Origin: Verrucomicrobiales bacterium
GTDB taxonomy: Bacteria > Verrucomicrobiota > Verrucomicrobiia > Verrucomicrobiales > DEV007
Direction: 5' to 3'
Assembly (NCBI GenBank): GCA_030730365.1
Contig: JANQVJ010000012.1
Location: 108,642-172,641 of the forward strand
DNA length: 64,000 nucleotides
Shown here: positions 9,401 to 16,834 of the stretch, piece after piece
Position numbering within the stretch: position 1 is the first letter of the stretch
How the letters are laid out: the number at the start of each line of letters is the position of its first letter
Translations under genes and position numbers: made by a program
The notes under the pieces: model-generated
What the model was told of the DNA's origin: nothing
The model's input: only the letters and a program-made list of their open reading frames with translations
Database searches by the model: none

Positions 9401-11097
9401 GTGAAGGCATTGAGCGTTTCGTGGGTGTCCTCGTAACCCCAGCCATCGAGGAGAATCTCGGGCTCGCCGTCGGGAATGTCGTTTTGATCTTTGTCAGGGT
9501 AAAAAAGAAAATAGGGGGCCGCTCCGACATAGACCCCGCCGAAGCCGACCTGAATACCGCTCGCGAGATTGATCTTTTCGGCGAAGACCTTGCGCGTTTC
9601 GAAGGTGCCGTCGCCGTCACTGTCTTCGAAGATGAGGATGCGGTCCTTGCCCTCGTTGTAATTGCCCGGATCGCGCACCGGATAGGTATGACCCTCGATC
9701 ACCCAGAGGCGGCCGCGGGCGTCGAAGGTCATCGCGATGGGCTGGGTGATCTGCGGCTCGGCGGCGATGAGATCGACGGAGAATCCCGCCGGCAACTCCA
9801 TGCGGGCGAGGGCATCCTGCGGCGAGAGGCCGCTGCCGTAGTTGTCCTGCGGGCGGCCTCCGGGAACTTTCCAGCGCTCCGCTGCCGTCTTCGAGATAGC
9901 CTCCGCGTTTTTCTGAAGGTGGACGGTGAGTCCCTTCTTGCTGCTGCTCACGACATCGGGACGTTTGTCTCCGTTGAGATCGGCAACTTTCAGCTCAACC
10001 CCGACGCCGGAGCTGTTGTCGATGAAATGGGGAACAAATTCGAGCTTCTTCTTCGCATCGAGCGTGTTCCTGAACCAGTAAAGAACCTGCTCGCCGAGGC
10101 CGCCGGGATCCTTGCCCTGATGGGCGAGGTAACGTTTTCCGGTGACGAAGTCCATCCGTCCGTCCCCGTCCATGTCCGCGAGGGCGAGGGCGTGGAGCTG
10201 GGAAAAGGCGAGACCGAAGGGATTCTGCGTCGAGCTCTCTCCCATGATGTCGTGCTTTTCAAACTTGCCCGGCTCATACTGCTCGAACCAGCCGAGACCG
10301 TAGGCATGGGCGTTGTAAGAGGTGACGATGTCCATGTCGCCGTCCCCGTCGAGATCGTGCACGAGGATCTGCGCGCCGCCTCCGCCGTAGGGAAGATGCG
10401 CCCACTTGTGTTTCTGCCAGGGTCCCTGTGCGGGATCGGAGGGCTGTTCGTACCAGAAGGCCTTCTCGATCACATCAGGCCGTCCGTCGCCGTTGAGATC
10501 ACCGACGCCGAGACCGTGACCGAAGGGAGTCGCCGCTTCGCCCTTTTCGGAAATGGCGTGCCACGTCCATGGCTTGGTCGCATCTGCGCCCGCCTCGTAG
10601 TAACCGTAGGTCTGCTCGCGGGCACCGACGATCTCGGGAAGGCCGCCCGGGACGAGATCAATGAAATGCGGTGATTCATTCGCGACCTGATCGGCGACGA
10701 GGTGCATGGGCCAGTTGCCGGAGGCTTCCGGTCCCGGATTTAAATACAGTCGCGCTTCCTTGCCGGGGAAGCCGAAGACGAGGATGTCGTTCCGACCGTC
10801 CCCGTTGATGTCGTGGATGAAGCTGAAAAAGTTGTCCGAGTAACCCTTCTCCGCGACGAAGGGCTCTCCCTCGGCGAAACGTTTTGGCTCCGCAAAATCG
10901 GGGCCTGCAAACCAGAAGGGCCCGTAGGCGAGGTCTGGTGCGCCGTCGCCGTTGAGGTCACCGACGGCGGCTCCCTCGGCGTGGAAATCGGGGAGGAGGG
11001 TTTTTGATTCCCATGCTTCGTCGGTGAACGCGGTTAGCGGAACAAGCACGAACAGAGCCGGAAGGAGGCGGCGGCGCGGGGATTTCATCGGTCTCAT
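6445..11097 (-). CDS. PVC-type heme-binding CxxCH protein: FG-GAP repeats + GDH-like beta-propeller + helical repeats + cytochrome c + C-terminal jelly-roll
   Basis: Six DxNGDGxxD-type repeats, MELPAGFSVDLIAAEP, FTWGPDGWLYG, GTSNPWG, CGTCH, GPDLTGSNR, SLMPAGL. Confidence 0.88.
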   Translation of the reverse strand: MRPMKSPRRRLLPALFVLVPLTAFTDEAWESKTLLPDFHAEGAAVGDLNGDGAPDLAYGPFWFAGPDFAEPKRFAEGEPFVAEKGYSDNFFSFIHDINGDGRNDILVFGFPGKEARLYLNPGPEASGNWPMHLVADQVANESPHFIDLVPGGLPEIVGAREQTYGYYEAGADATKPWTWHAISEKGEAATPFGHGLGVGDLNGDGRPDVIEKAFWYEQPSDPAQGPWQKHKWAHLPYGGGGAQILVHDLDGDGDMDIVTSYNAHAYGLGWFEQYEPGKFEKHDIMGESSTQNPFGLAFSQLHALALADMDGDGRMDFVTGKRYLAHQGKDPGGLGEQVLYWFRNTLDAKKKLEFVPHFIDNSSGVGVELKVADLNGDKRPDVVSSSKKGLTVHLQKNAEAISKTAAERWKVPGGRPQDNYGSGLSPQDALARMELPAGFSVDLIAAEPQITQPIAMTFDARGRLWVIEGHTYPVRDPGNYNEGKDRILIFEDSDGDGTFETRKVFAEKINLASGIQVGFGGVYVGAAPYFLFYPDKDQNDIPDGEPEILLDGWGYEDTHETLNAFTWGPDGWLYGCHGVFTHSKVGKPGTPDEQREKINAGVWRFHPVTHQFEVYAHGTSNPWGVDFDERGDFFITACVIPHFYHLSQGGRYQRQAGQHFDPWTFDDIKTIADHAHYAGNWTDVRTKGPMAPADTSALGGGHAHCGLVLYQADTFPSEYRGDAFFHNLHGHRIVRESIERDGSGNVAKHRPDFLLSNHHDHIGVSILLGPDGALYFSDWTDTQTCHHRDVEIWNRSNGRLYRVRHGEAKSAVTNLPTLSDAELVATLSHANVFHSRQAQRLLQERAAAGSLNASAVGVALDQVPRGETAHRLRVLWTRHACGLLDEARLVEVLNDPEEELRAWAVTLLGEKKTALSAAALAKLEKMAVEEYSLFVRRHLASLLQRLPLEQRWKIAEGLIAHARSTNDRNLPLLCWYGIEPLVEADPDRALGLVGRTPWTSLKDFITRRAAVFPEGRSAIMTSLTTAKNPAEFAGRSGQFLTALASLPTVEPPAGWEATKAHGKTLATDHPAAGAALAQMGARFGDPEYFPGWRTLARDKTKPAPERIKAVELLIAGRDPELGALAREVLTDVGLQPVAINALRQSPGVETANALVERLAAFPLTLRNEAINLLATRPEMALAMLKAVDEEKLPASLISPVMLDQFERFKDESITAIIDRHWTRGGGGVDLAQLSASIEEWKKKLSPNVMAKANASRGRQTFAMTCGTCHQLFGEGIALGPDLTGSNRADLAYILENTLAPSAVVGKDYLLNVFQLKDGSTVSGMVRGESPGSIKVAMPGGSITEIKTAEIKERQEIAQSLMPAGLFEALPLEQVADLVKYLASPAQVPLPGIAPTATTGSVPPPGAGVVRVEGEALVAKAVTKNGNVRNQNMSGFGDGWSGNDHLWWTGGKPGDILTLTVEGLTPGTKNVTLFPSGAHDYATIKVAINGQLREADLYSEKVLPVAPLVFEKVNVSPSEPLQIDIHLTGANAIATPRYMFGLDRIEVTEVK

Positions 11098-11233
11098 GGA
11101 GGAAAACGTCCGCCCTTGTCGAGGGATTTTCTTGAGCTGCTCAGTCGGATCTTATGTGGATTCGGTCACTCTGCGCAAGAGGGCAAGAAGATATGGGGCA
11201 GAAAGATGGTTGCTGCAAAGGGGCGGCGACCCG

Positions 11234-13060
11234 TCACATCCGGCAGATGAGCAGCTCGCGTTCGTAGATGAGCTCGCGGGGCAGATGCGTCTTCAGATCA
11301 AGAAAAAGCTCTTCGTGCGAGAGGATCTCGTGTCTCCAGGCTTCCCGGTCGAAATGCTGGAGTTCGTTGAATTTTTCTTCGGGGAAGTCGAGACCGTTCC
11401 AGTCGATGTCACCGTAGCCGGGAACCCAGCCGATCGGGGTCTCTCTGGCAACCCCGTGGCCGTTGGCGCGGTCCACGATCCACTTCAGCACGCGCATGTT
11501 CTCGCCAAAGCCGGGCCAGAGGAATTCGCCGGCGGTATCTTTGCGGAACCAGTTTACGTGAAAAATCCGCGGCGAGGAGCTGAGGCTGCGCTGCATCGAG
11601 AGCCAGTGACGGAAGTATTCCCCCATGTTATAGCCGCAGAAAGGCAGCATCGCCATCGGGTCGCGACGCACTTTTCCGATGGTCCCGGCGGCGGCGGCGG
11701 TCATCTCGCTGCCCATCGTCGCGCCCATGTAGACGCCGCTGCTCCAGTTGAAGGCCTGGTAGACCAGCGGCATCGTCGTGGCGCGCCGTCCGCCGAAGAT
11801 GATCGCGCTGACGGGCACCCCCTCGGGCTTTTCCCAGTCCGGATCGATCGTGGGACACTGCGACGCGGGGGCGGTGAAGCGGGCGTTGGGATGCGCGGCC
11901 TTGGCACCGGTAGTGGCGGCGATCTCCGGAGTCCAGGCCTTGCCCTGCCAGTCGGTCGCTGCGGCGGGCGGCTCGGCCGTCATGCCCTCCCACCAGACGC
12001 CGCCTTCAGGGGTGAGCGCCACGTTGGTGAAAATGGTGTTTTTTCGCAGCGAGGCCATCGCATTGGGGTTCGTCGCTTCACCGGTGCCGGGCGCGACGCC
12101 GAAGAAGCCAGCCTCGGGATTGATCGCGTGCAGTCGTCCATCGGGGCCTGGTTTGATCCACGCGATGTCGTCACCGACGGTCCAGACTTTCCAGCCCTGC
12201 TCCTGAAAATGTTTCGGCGGGATGAGCATGGCAAAGTTCGTCTTGCCGCAGGCACTGGGAAAGGCTGCCGCCACGTAGGTCTTGTGTCCCTGCGGATCTT
12301 CCACGCCCAGGATGAGCATGTGCTCGGCCATCCAGCCCTCGTCGCGGGCCATGGCCGAGGCGATACGAAGGGCGAAGCATTTTTTCCCGAGCAGAGCATT
12401 GCCCCCGTAGCCCGATCCGTAGCTCCAGATCTCGCGGCTTTCGGGGAAATGGACGATGTACTTGTCAGGATTGCAGGGCCAGGGCACGTCGGTCTGACCC
12501 GGCGCGAGGGGCGCGCCGACGCTGTGCATGCAGGGCACGACCCGCTTGTCGGCACGGTCGATGAGTTCGAAGACCGGCTTCCCGATGCGCGCCATGATGC
12601 GCATGTTGACCACCGCATAGGGCGAGTCGGTCAGCTGCACCCCGATCTGAGCCATGGGCGAGTCGAGGGGACCCATGCTGAACGGTAGCACATACATCGT
12701 GCGCCCCTTCATGCAACCGTCGAAGAGTTTGCGGAGCTTGCGCTTCATCTCGAAGGGATTGACCCAGTTATTCGTGGGTCCCGCTCCGTCTTTTGAGGCG
12801 CTGCAGATGAAAGTGCGGTCTTCGACCCGGGCGACATCGCTCGCATCGGATCGGGCGAGGAAAGAACCGGGCCAGAGGGTCTCGTTCAGTTTAATGAGGG
12901 TGCCGGCATCGACCATCTCCGCGCAGAGGCGATCGTATTCGGCCTGCGACCCGTCGACCCAGTGGATGCGGTCCGGCTTGCAGAGAGCGGACATCTTTTT
13001 GACCCAGCGGAGCAGGTGGACATTTTCGCTGAGGGGCGTGGAGGGGTCCGATTCGTTCAT
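11234..13060 (-). CDS. pckG: Phosphoenolpyruvate carboxykinase (GTP)
   Basis: [69 protein letters not shown]. Confidence 0.97.
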   Translation of the reverse strand: MNESDPSTPLSENVHLLRWVKKMSALCKPDRIHWVDGSQAEYDRLCAEMVDAGTLIKLNETLWPGSFLARSDASDVARVEDRTFICSASKDGAGPTNNWVNPFEMKRKLRKLFDGCMKGRTMYVLPFSMGPLDSPMAQIGVQLTDSPYAVVNMRIMARIGKPVFELIDRADKRVVPCMHSVGAPLAPGQTDVPWPCNPDKYIVHFPESREIWSYGSGYGGNALLGKKCFALRIASAMARDEGWMAEHMLILGVEDPQGHKTYVAAAFPSACGKTNFAMLIPPKHFQEQGWKVWTVGDDIAWIKPGPDGRLHAINPEAGFFGVAPGTGEATNPNAMASLRKNTIFTNVALTPEGGVWWEGMTAEPPAAATDWQGKAWTPEIAATTGAKAAHPNARFTAPASQCPTIDPDWEKPEGVPVSAIIFGGRRATTMPLVYQAFNWSSGVYMGATMGSEMTAAAAGTIGKVRRDPMAMLPFCGYNMGEYFRHWLSMQRSLSSSPRIFHVNWFRKDTAGEFLWPGFGENMRVLKWIVDRANGHGVARETPIGWVPGYGDIDWNGLDFPEEKFNELQHFDREAWRHEILSHEELFLDLKTHLPRELIYERELLICRM

Positions 13061-13238
13061 GAGAGGAAGAACCGCGGCAGAGTCTCAGGTAAGCCCTGCT
13101 TCGAGAGAAGATTTGCGGTTGCTGCAATCTTGACCTTCCTAGGCGATGCGTCACGGGAAAAGTCCGTGACGCCGCCCATAAGCGTGAGGTTTTCTCACGG
13201 ATTCACCGGGTTATTGAGATGTCGCCCGACCCGCCTCG

Positions 13239-14384
13239 CTACTCCTCCGCCGTCAGACTCCATTCGGGCAGGTGCATCAACTCGCCGCCCTTTAGCGCGC
13301 TCTCGTGTGCGAGAATGCCGCAGAGGGTAATATTTGCCGACTGGATCGCGTTCGGATATCCCTCGCCGGTCCCTCGGAGCAGCTCCACGAACTGATGCAC
13401 CAGGTGAGGGTGCGAGCCGCCGTGCCCGGCGCCTTGGGTGAAGCTGAGGTGCTCTTCACCTCCGTCGCCGCCGTAGACACCACCCTGGGTGAAGGGTGCG
13501 ATTTCATCAGGGAGAAGGTGGCCGTAGTCGGGGCAGGTGACGTGCTCGGGGATTTCGGGCTCGGGCTTTTTCGCGGTGTGGACGACGAGGGGTTCGTGTT
13601 CCACGAGAGGCCACTCGACGGCTTTTTTCGATCCGTAGACTTCGAAGCTCTCGCGATACTGACGGGCGACATCGAAGAGGGAACGGTAGACCTGGGCGCT
13701 GAGGTCACTCTTGTGGAACTTGATGTGTGTCGTCTCGACGGCGAAGGGAGAGCCGTAGCAGCCATGCATCTCTTCGCGGATCGTGCCGCTGGGGAAACAG
13801 CTCACGTAGGCGGCCTCGTTGCGGGCGAGCCCGAGGACAGGTCCAACACAATGGGTCGCGTAGTGCATAGGGGGGAGGCCCGGCCAGTAGCCCGGCCAGC
13901 CGTCCATGTCCTGCTGGTGGCTCGCCTTGAGGAACTGCAGTTTGCCGAGCTCGCCCTTGTCGTAGAGCTCTTTCATGAAGAGGAACTCACGGGCGTAGAC
14001 GACGGTCTCCATCATCATGTAGTGAAGTCCGGTCTCGCGGCAGAGTTCGACGATGGCCTTGCAATCCTCGACCGAGGTCGCCATCGGCACGGTGCAGGCG
14101 ACATGCTTGCCGGCGCGAAGGGCGGCGAGGGTGTGTTCGGCGTGGTTTGGGATGGGGGTGTTGATGTGGACGGCGTCAATGTCAGGATCGGCGAGAACGT
14201 CGGCGTAGTCGGTGTAGCGCTTTTCGATGCCGAACTTGTCGCCGATTTCGTTGAGCAGTTCGGGATTACGCTGGCAGATCGCGCTCATCTCCGCATTGGG
14301 ATGGCGCTGGTAGATGGGGATGAACTCGGCGCCGAAGCCGAGCCCGATGATGGCGACGCGAGGTTTTGTGATGGGCGGAGTCAT
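13239..14384 (-). CDS. Gfo/Idh/MocA family oxidoreductase
   Basis: VAIIGLGFG Rossmann motif, DIDAVHINTP..H, GKHVACTVPMA. Start estimated at MTPPIT. Confidence 0.88.
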   Translation of the reverse strand: MTPPITKPRVAIIGLGFGAEFIPIYQRHPNAEMSAICQRNPELLNEIGDKFGIEKRYTDYADVLADPDIDAVHINTPIPNHAEHTLAALRAGKHVACTVPMATSVEDCKAIVELCRETGLHYMMMETVVYAREFLFMKELYDKGELGKLQFLKASHQQDMDGWPGYWPGLPPMHYATHCVGPVLGLARNEAAYVSCFPSGTIREEMHGCYGSPFAVETTHIKFHKSDLSAQVYRSLFDVARQYRESFEVYGSKKAVEWPLVEHEPLVVHTAKKPEPEIPEHVTCPDYGHLLPDEIAPFTQGGVYGGDGGEEHLSFTQGAGHGGSHPHLVHQFVELLRGTGEGYPNAIQSANITLCGILAHESALKGGELMHLPEWSLTAEE

Positions 14385-14511
14385 GTAGTAGAGAGAACAG
14401 TTCCAAAGAATTGGCAAGTTCCTTCGCGTCCGCCCGTGGTTCTTGAAGCCGACGGACGGATTTTATGTGATTCCAGCCCTGGCGGAATTTGATTGCAGCG
14501 TCACGAGCCGT

Positions 14512-15993
14512 TCAGGTGATCATCTCCCGCAGGATGTGTCCGTGGACATCCGTGAGACGTCGGTCGATGCCGTTGTTTCTGACGCTGAGGCGCTCGTGGT
14601 CGATCCCGAGTTGGTGCAGGACCGTTGCATGGATGTCGTAGACGGAGGACGAGTGCGCGCGATCCTGCGGGCGGAATCCCCACTCGTCGCTCTCCCCGTA
14701 GGTGCCGCCCTTGATCCCGCCGCCGCAGAGCCAGTTGGTGAAAACGAAGGGGTTGTGATCACGTCCCTTGCTCCCCTGCGAGCAGGGCATGCGCCCGAAC
14801 TCAGTCGTCCAGAGGATGATGGTGTCGTCGAGCATGCCGCGTTGTTTGAGGTCTTTGATGAGGCCGGCGGTGCCGCGGGCCATGCCGAGGGCGAGGGGGC
14901 CGTGGTCGCGATGGATGTCCTCGTGACTGTCCCAGTTGCGGCGGGGGAACCCGTTGTCGTTTCCGCTCCAGATCTGCACAAATCTCACGCCGCGCTCGAG
15001 GAGTCGGCGGGCGACGAGACATTTTCGCCCGAAAAATTCGCTCTCGGCCTTTTCGTTGATGGTCGTGTCGTCGATACCGGGTCCCTCGGGAGCGAGGCCG
15101 TAGAGCGTCTTGATGTAGTCGGGTTCGCGTGAAAGATCGAGGGCATCGGTCGCGCTGAGCTGCATGGCTGCGGCGAGTTCGTAAGAGCGGACCCGGGCGC
15201 TGAGTCTGTCGTCGCCGGGGTGAGAAAGGGCGTGGAGGGAATTCAGCTGCGAGAGGGCATCGAGCCCGGCGCGGTCGTTCTGCGAATTGATGAAGCGGCT
15301 CGCGGGAGCGACGAGATCGGCGATGGGCGTTTCGCTGCCGGGTCGGATCACGGTGCCCTGGTGGCGGGCGGGAAGAAAGGCGTTGGCCCAGTTCTTCGAA
15401 CCGTTCGAGGCGAGTCCGCGATGATCGGGGAGAACAACGAAGGATGGCAGATTCTCACTCTCGCTCCCGAGTGCGTAGGAGACCCACGAGCCTGCACTGG
15501 GGAAGCCCGGAAAGGTAAAGCCTGTCGATTGCAGCAGGGTGCCCTGGCTGTGCACGCCGGTTTTCCCGACGACGTTGTGGACGAAGGCGATGTCATCGAC
15601 GACCTCGCCGAGCGGAGCGACGACCTCGCTGAGCATCTTGCCGCTCTGACCGTAAGGTTTGAAAGCCCACGGCCCGGCAAAGCAGGCGCCGGGGGTGCTT
15701 TGGAACAGCTCGACGGTCTCGCCCGGATCCCACGGGGTGCCGTCCTTTTCTTTCAGGAGCGGTTTATGGTCAAAGGTATCGACGTGGCTCGCCGCACCCG
15801 CCATGAAAAGCTGGATGACCCGCTTTGCCCGCGGCGGCGCATGGAGCACTCCCGAGAGGACGCCGTCCCGGGCAAGCATGTCCGTGAGCGCGAGACCGGA
15901 GAACGAGCCCGCGAGTGTGCCGAGAAACTGGCGGCGGTTGGAAAAAGTCAGTTCACGCCGGGGTTGGTGTGTGTTAATCTGTGGAGTTGTCAT
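14512..15993 (-). CDS. DUF1501 domain protein, Tat-exported
   Basis: SNRRQFL twin-arginine motif, AKRVIQLFMAG, FGRKCLVARRLLERGVRFVQI, TTEFGRMP, GRDHNP. Confidence 0.9.
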   Translation of the reverse strand: MTTPQINTHQPRRELTFSNRRQFLGTLAGSFSGLALTDMLARDGVLSGVLHAPPRAKRVIQLFMAGAASHVDTFDHKPLLKEKDGTPWDPGETVELFQSTPGACFAGPWAFKPYGQSGKMLSEVVAPLGEVVDDIAFVHNVVGKTGVHSQGTLLQSTGFTFPGFPSAGSWVSYALGSESENLPSFVVLPDHRGLASNGSKNWANAFLPARHQGTVIRPGSETPIADLVAPASRFINSQNDRAGLDALSQLNSLHALSHPGDDRLSARVRSYELAAAMQLSATDALDLSREPDYIKTLYGLAPEGPGIDDTTINEKAESEFFGRKCLVARRLLERGVRFVQIWSGNDNGFPRRNWDSHEDIHRDHGPLALGMARGTAGLIKDLKQRGMLDDTIILWTTEFGRMPCSQGSKGRDHNPFVFTNWLCGGGIKGGTYGESDEWGFRPQDRAHSSSVYDIHATVLHQLGIDHERLSVRNNGIDRRLTDVHGHILREMIT

Positions 15994-16249
15994 GGACGAA
16001 AATATTCAAGAGTTGGCTGATTCGATTTACCGCGAGAAAGTACGACGAGCGCGAAAGGCTTCACCGTCGAAAAAAATGGGATGGGGCGCTGAACTTTTTG
16101 CTGAAGTTTGCGGAAGAATGCGCTCGGGGATTCGATCACAACACCCGGAAGCCACCAACGCCGAAGTGGAAGCAATTCTTTGCAAGCGCCTGGATCGTCT
16201 TACAAGGCTGCATGAGTCGGGCGTTTTTGAGAAGACACCGAGACGATGA
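15992..16249 (+). CDS. Small basic helical protein, putative antitoxin/partner of the downstream nucleotidyltransferase
   Basis: 85 aa, MDENIQELADSIYREKVRRARK...GIRSQHPEATNAEVEAILCKRL. Stop overlaps the next start (ATGA). Confidence 0.6.
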   Translation: MDENIQELADSIYREKVRRARKASPSKKMGWGAELFAEVCGRMRSGIRSQHPEATNAEVEAILCKRLDRLTRLHESGVFEKTPRR

Positions 16250-16818
16250 AAAACGGTAATGCGGCGGCGGCCCGGGTTATTGATGTGCTCAATACGCTTG
16301 GAATCGATTTTTTCCTCGCCGGGTCCTATTCCTCCAACTACTACGGAATTCCGAGAGCAACGCAGGATGCCGATTTCGTCGCGGTGCTCTCGAACAACAT
16401 AGGACTGCTGTCTCGCGAGCTTGGGCCGGAGTTTGAATTGGATCCCCAGACTTCGTTTGAAGGGATTACGGGAACCCTGAGAGACATTTTCCAGGTGCCG
16501 TCTATTCCATTTAAAATTGAGATCTTCCACCTGAGCCAGGATGCCCACGACCAGTCCAGATTCGCTCGTAAGAGGAAAGTTTTCGACGAGATGCTTGGCC
16601 GGGAGGTCTACATTCCTTCGGTCGAGGACGTGGTCGTTACCAAGTTGAGGTGGGAGAAAAGGGGTAAACGAGGTAAAGACGGTAGTGACATCCGCGACGT
16701 CATTGCCGTGCAGGGCGACGAGGGTTTTGACTGGGATTACATCCAACGCTGGACAGAAGAGCACGGTACGCGAGAACTGCTCGACGAGATCCGGAGTTCT
16801 ATCCCGCCGATTGACTGA
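16246..16818 (+). CDS. Pol-beta superfamily nucleotidyltransferase (DUF6036/MNT-like), putative toxin-antitoxin component
   Basis: LAGSYSSNYYGIPRATQDADF = hGS..DxD motif, C-terminal KDGSDIRDVI, FDWDYIQRW. Confidence 0.75.
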   Translation: MKNGNAAAARVIDVLNTLGIDFFLAGSYSSNYYGIPRATQDADFVAVLSNNIGLLSRELGPEFELDPQTSFEGITGTLRDIFQVPSIPFKIEIFHLSQDAHDQSRFARKRKVFDEMLGREVYIPSVEDVVVTKLRWEKRGKRGKDGSDIRDVIAVQGDEGFDWDYIQRWTEEHGTRELLDEIRSSIPPID

Positions 16819-16834
16819 CTTGCTTAACCGTCGC

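Noticed and set aside
15992-16818. Insertion sequence or CRISPR-related module
   Set aside because: No transposase motifs, terminal inverted repeats, target duplication or spaced direct repeats were seen.
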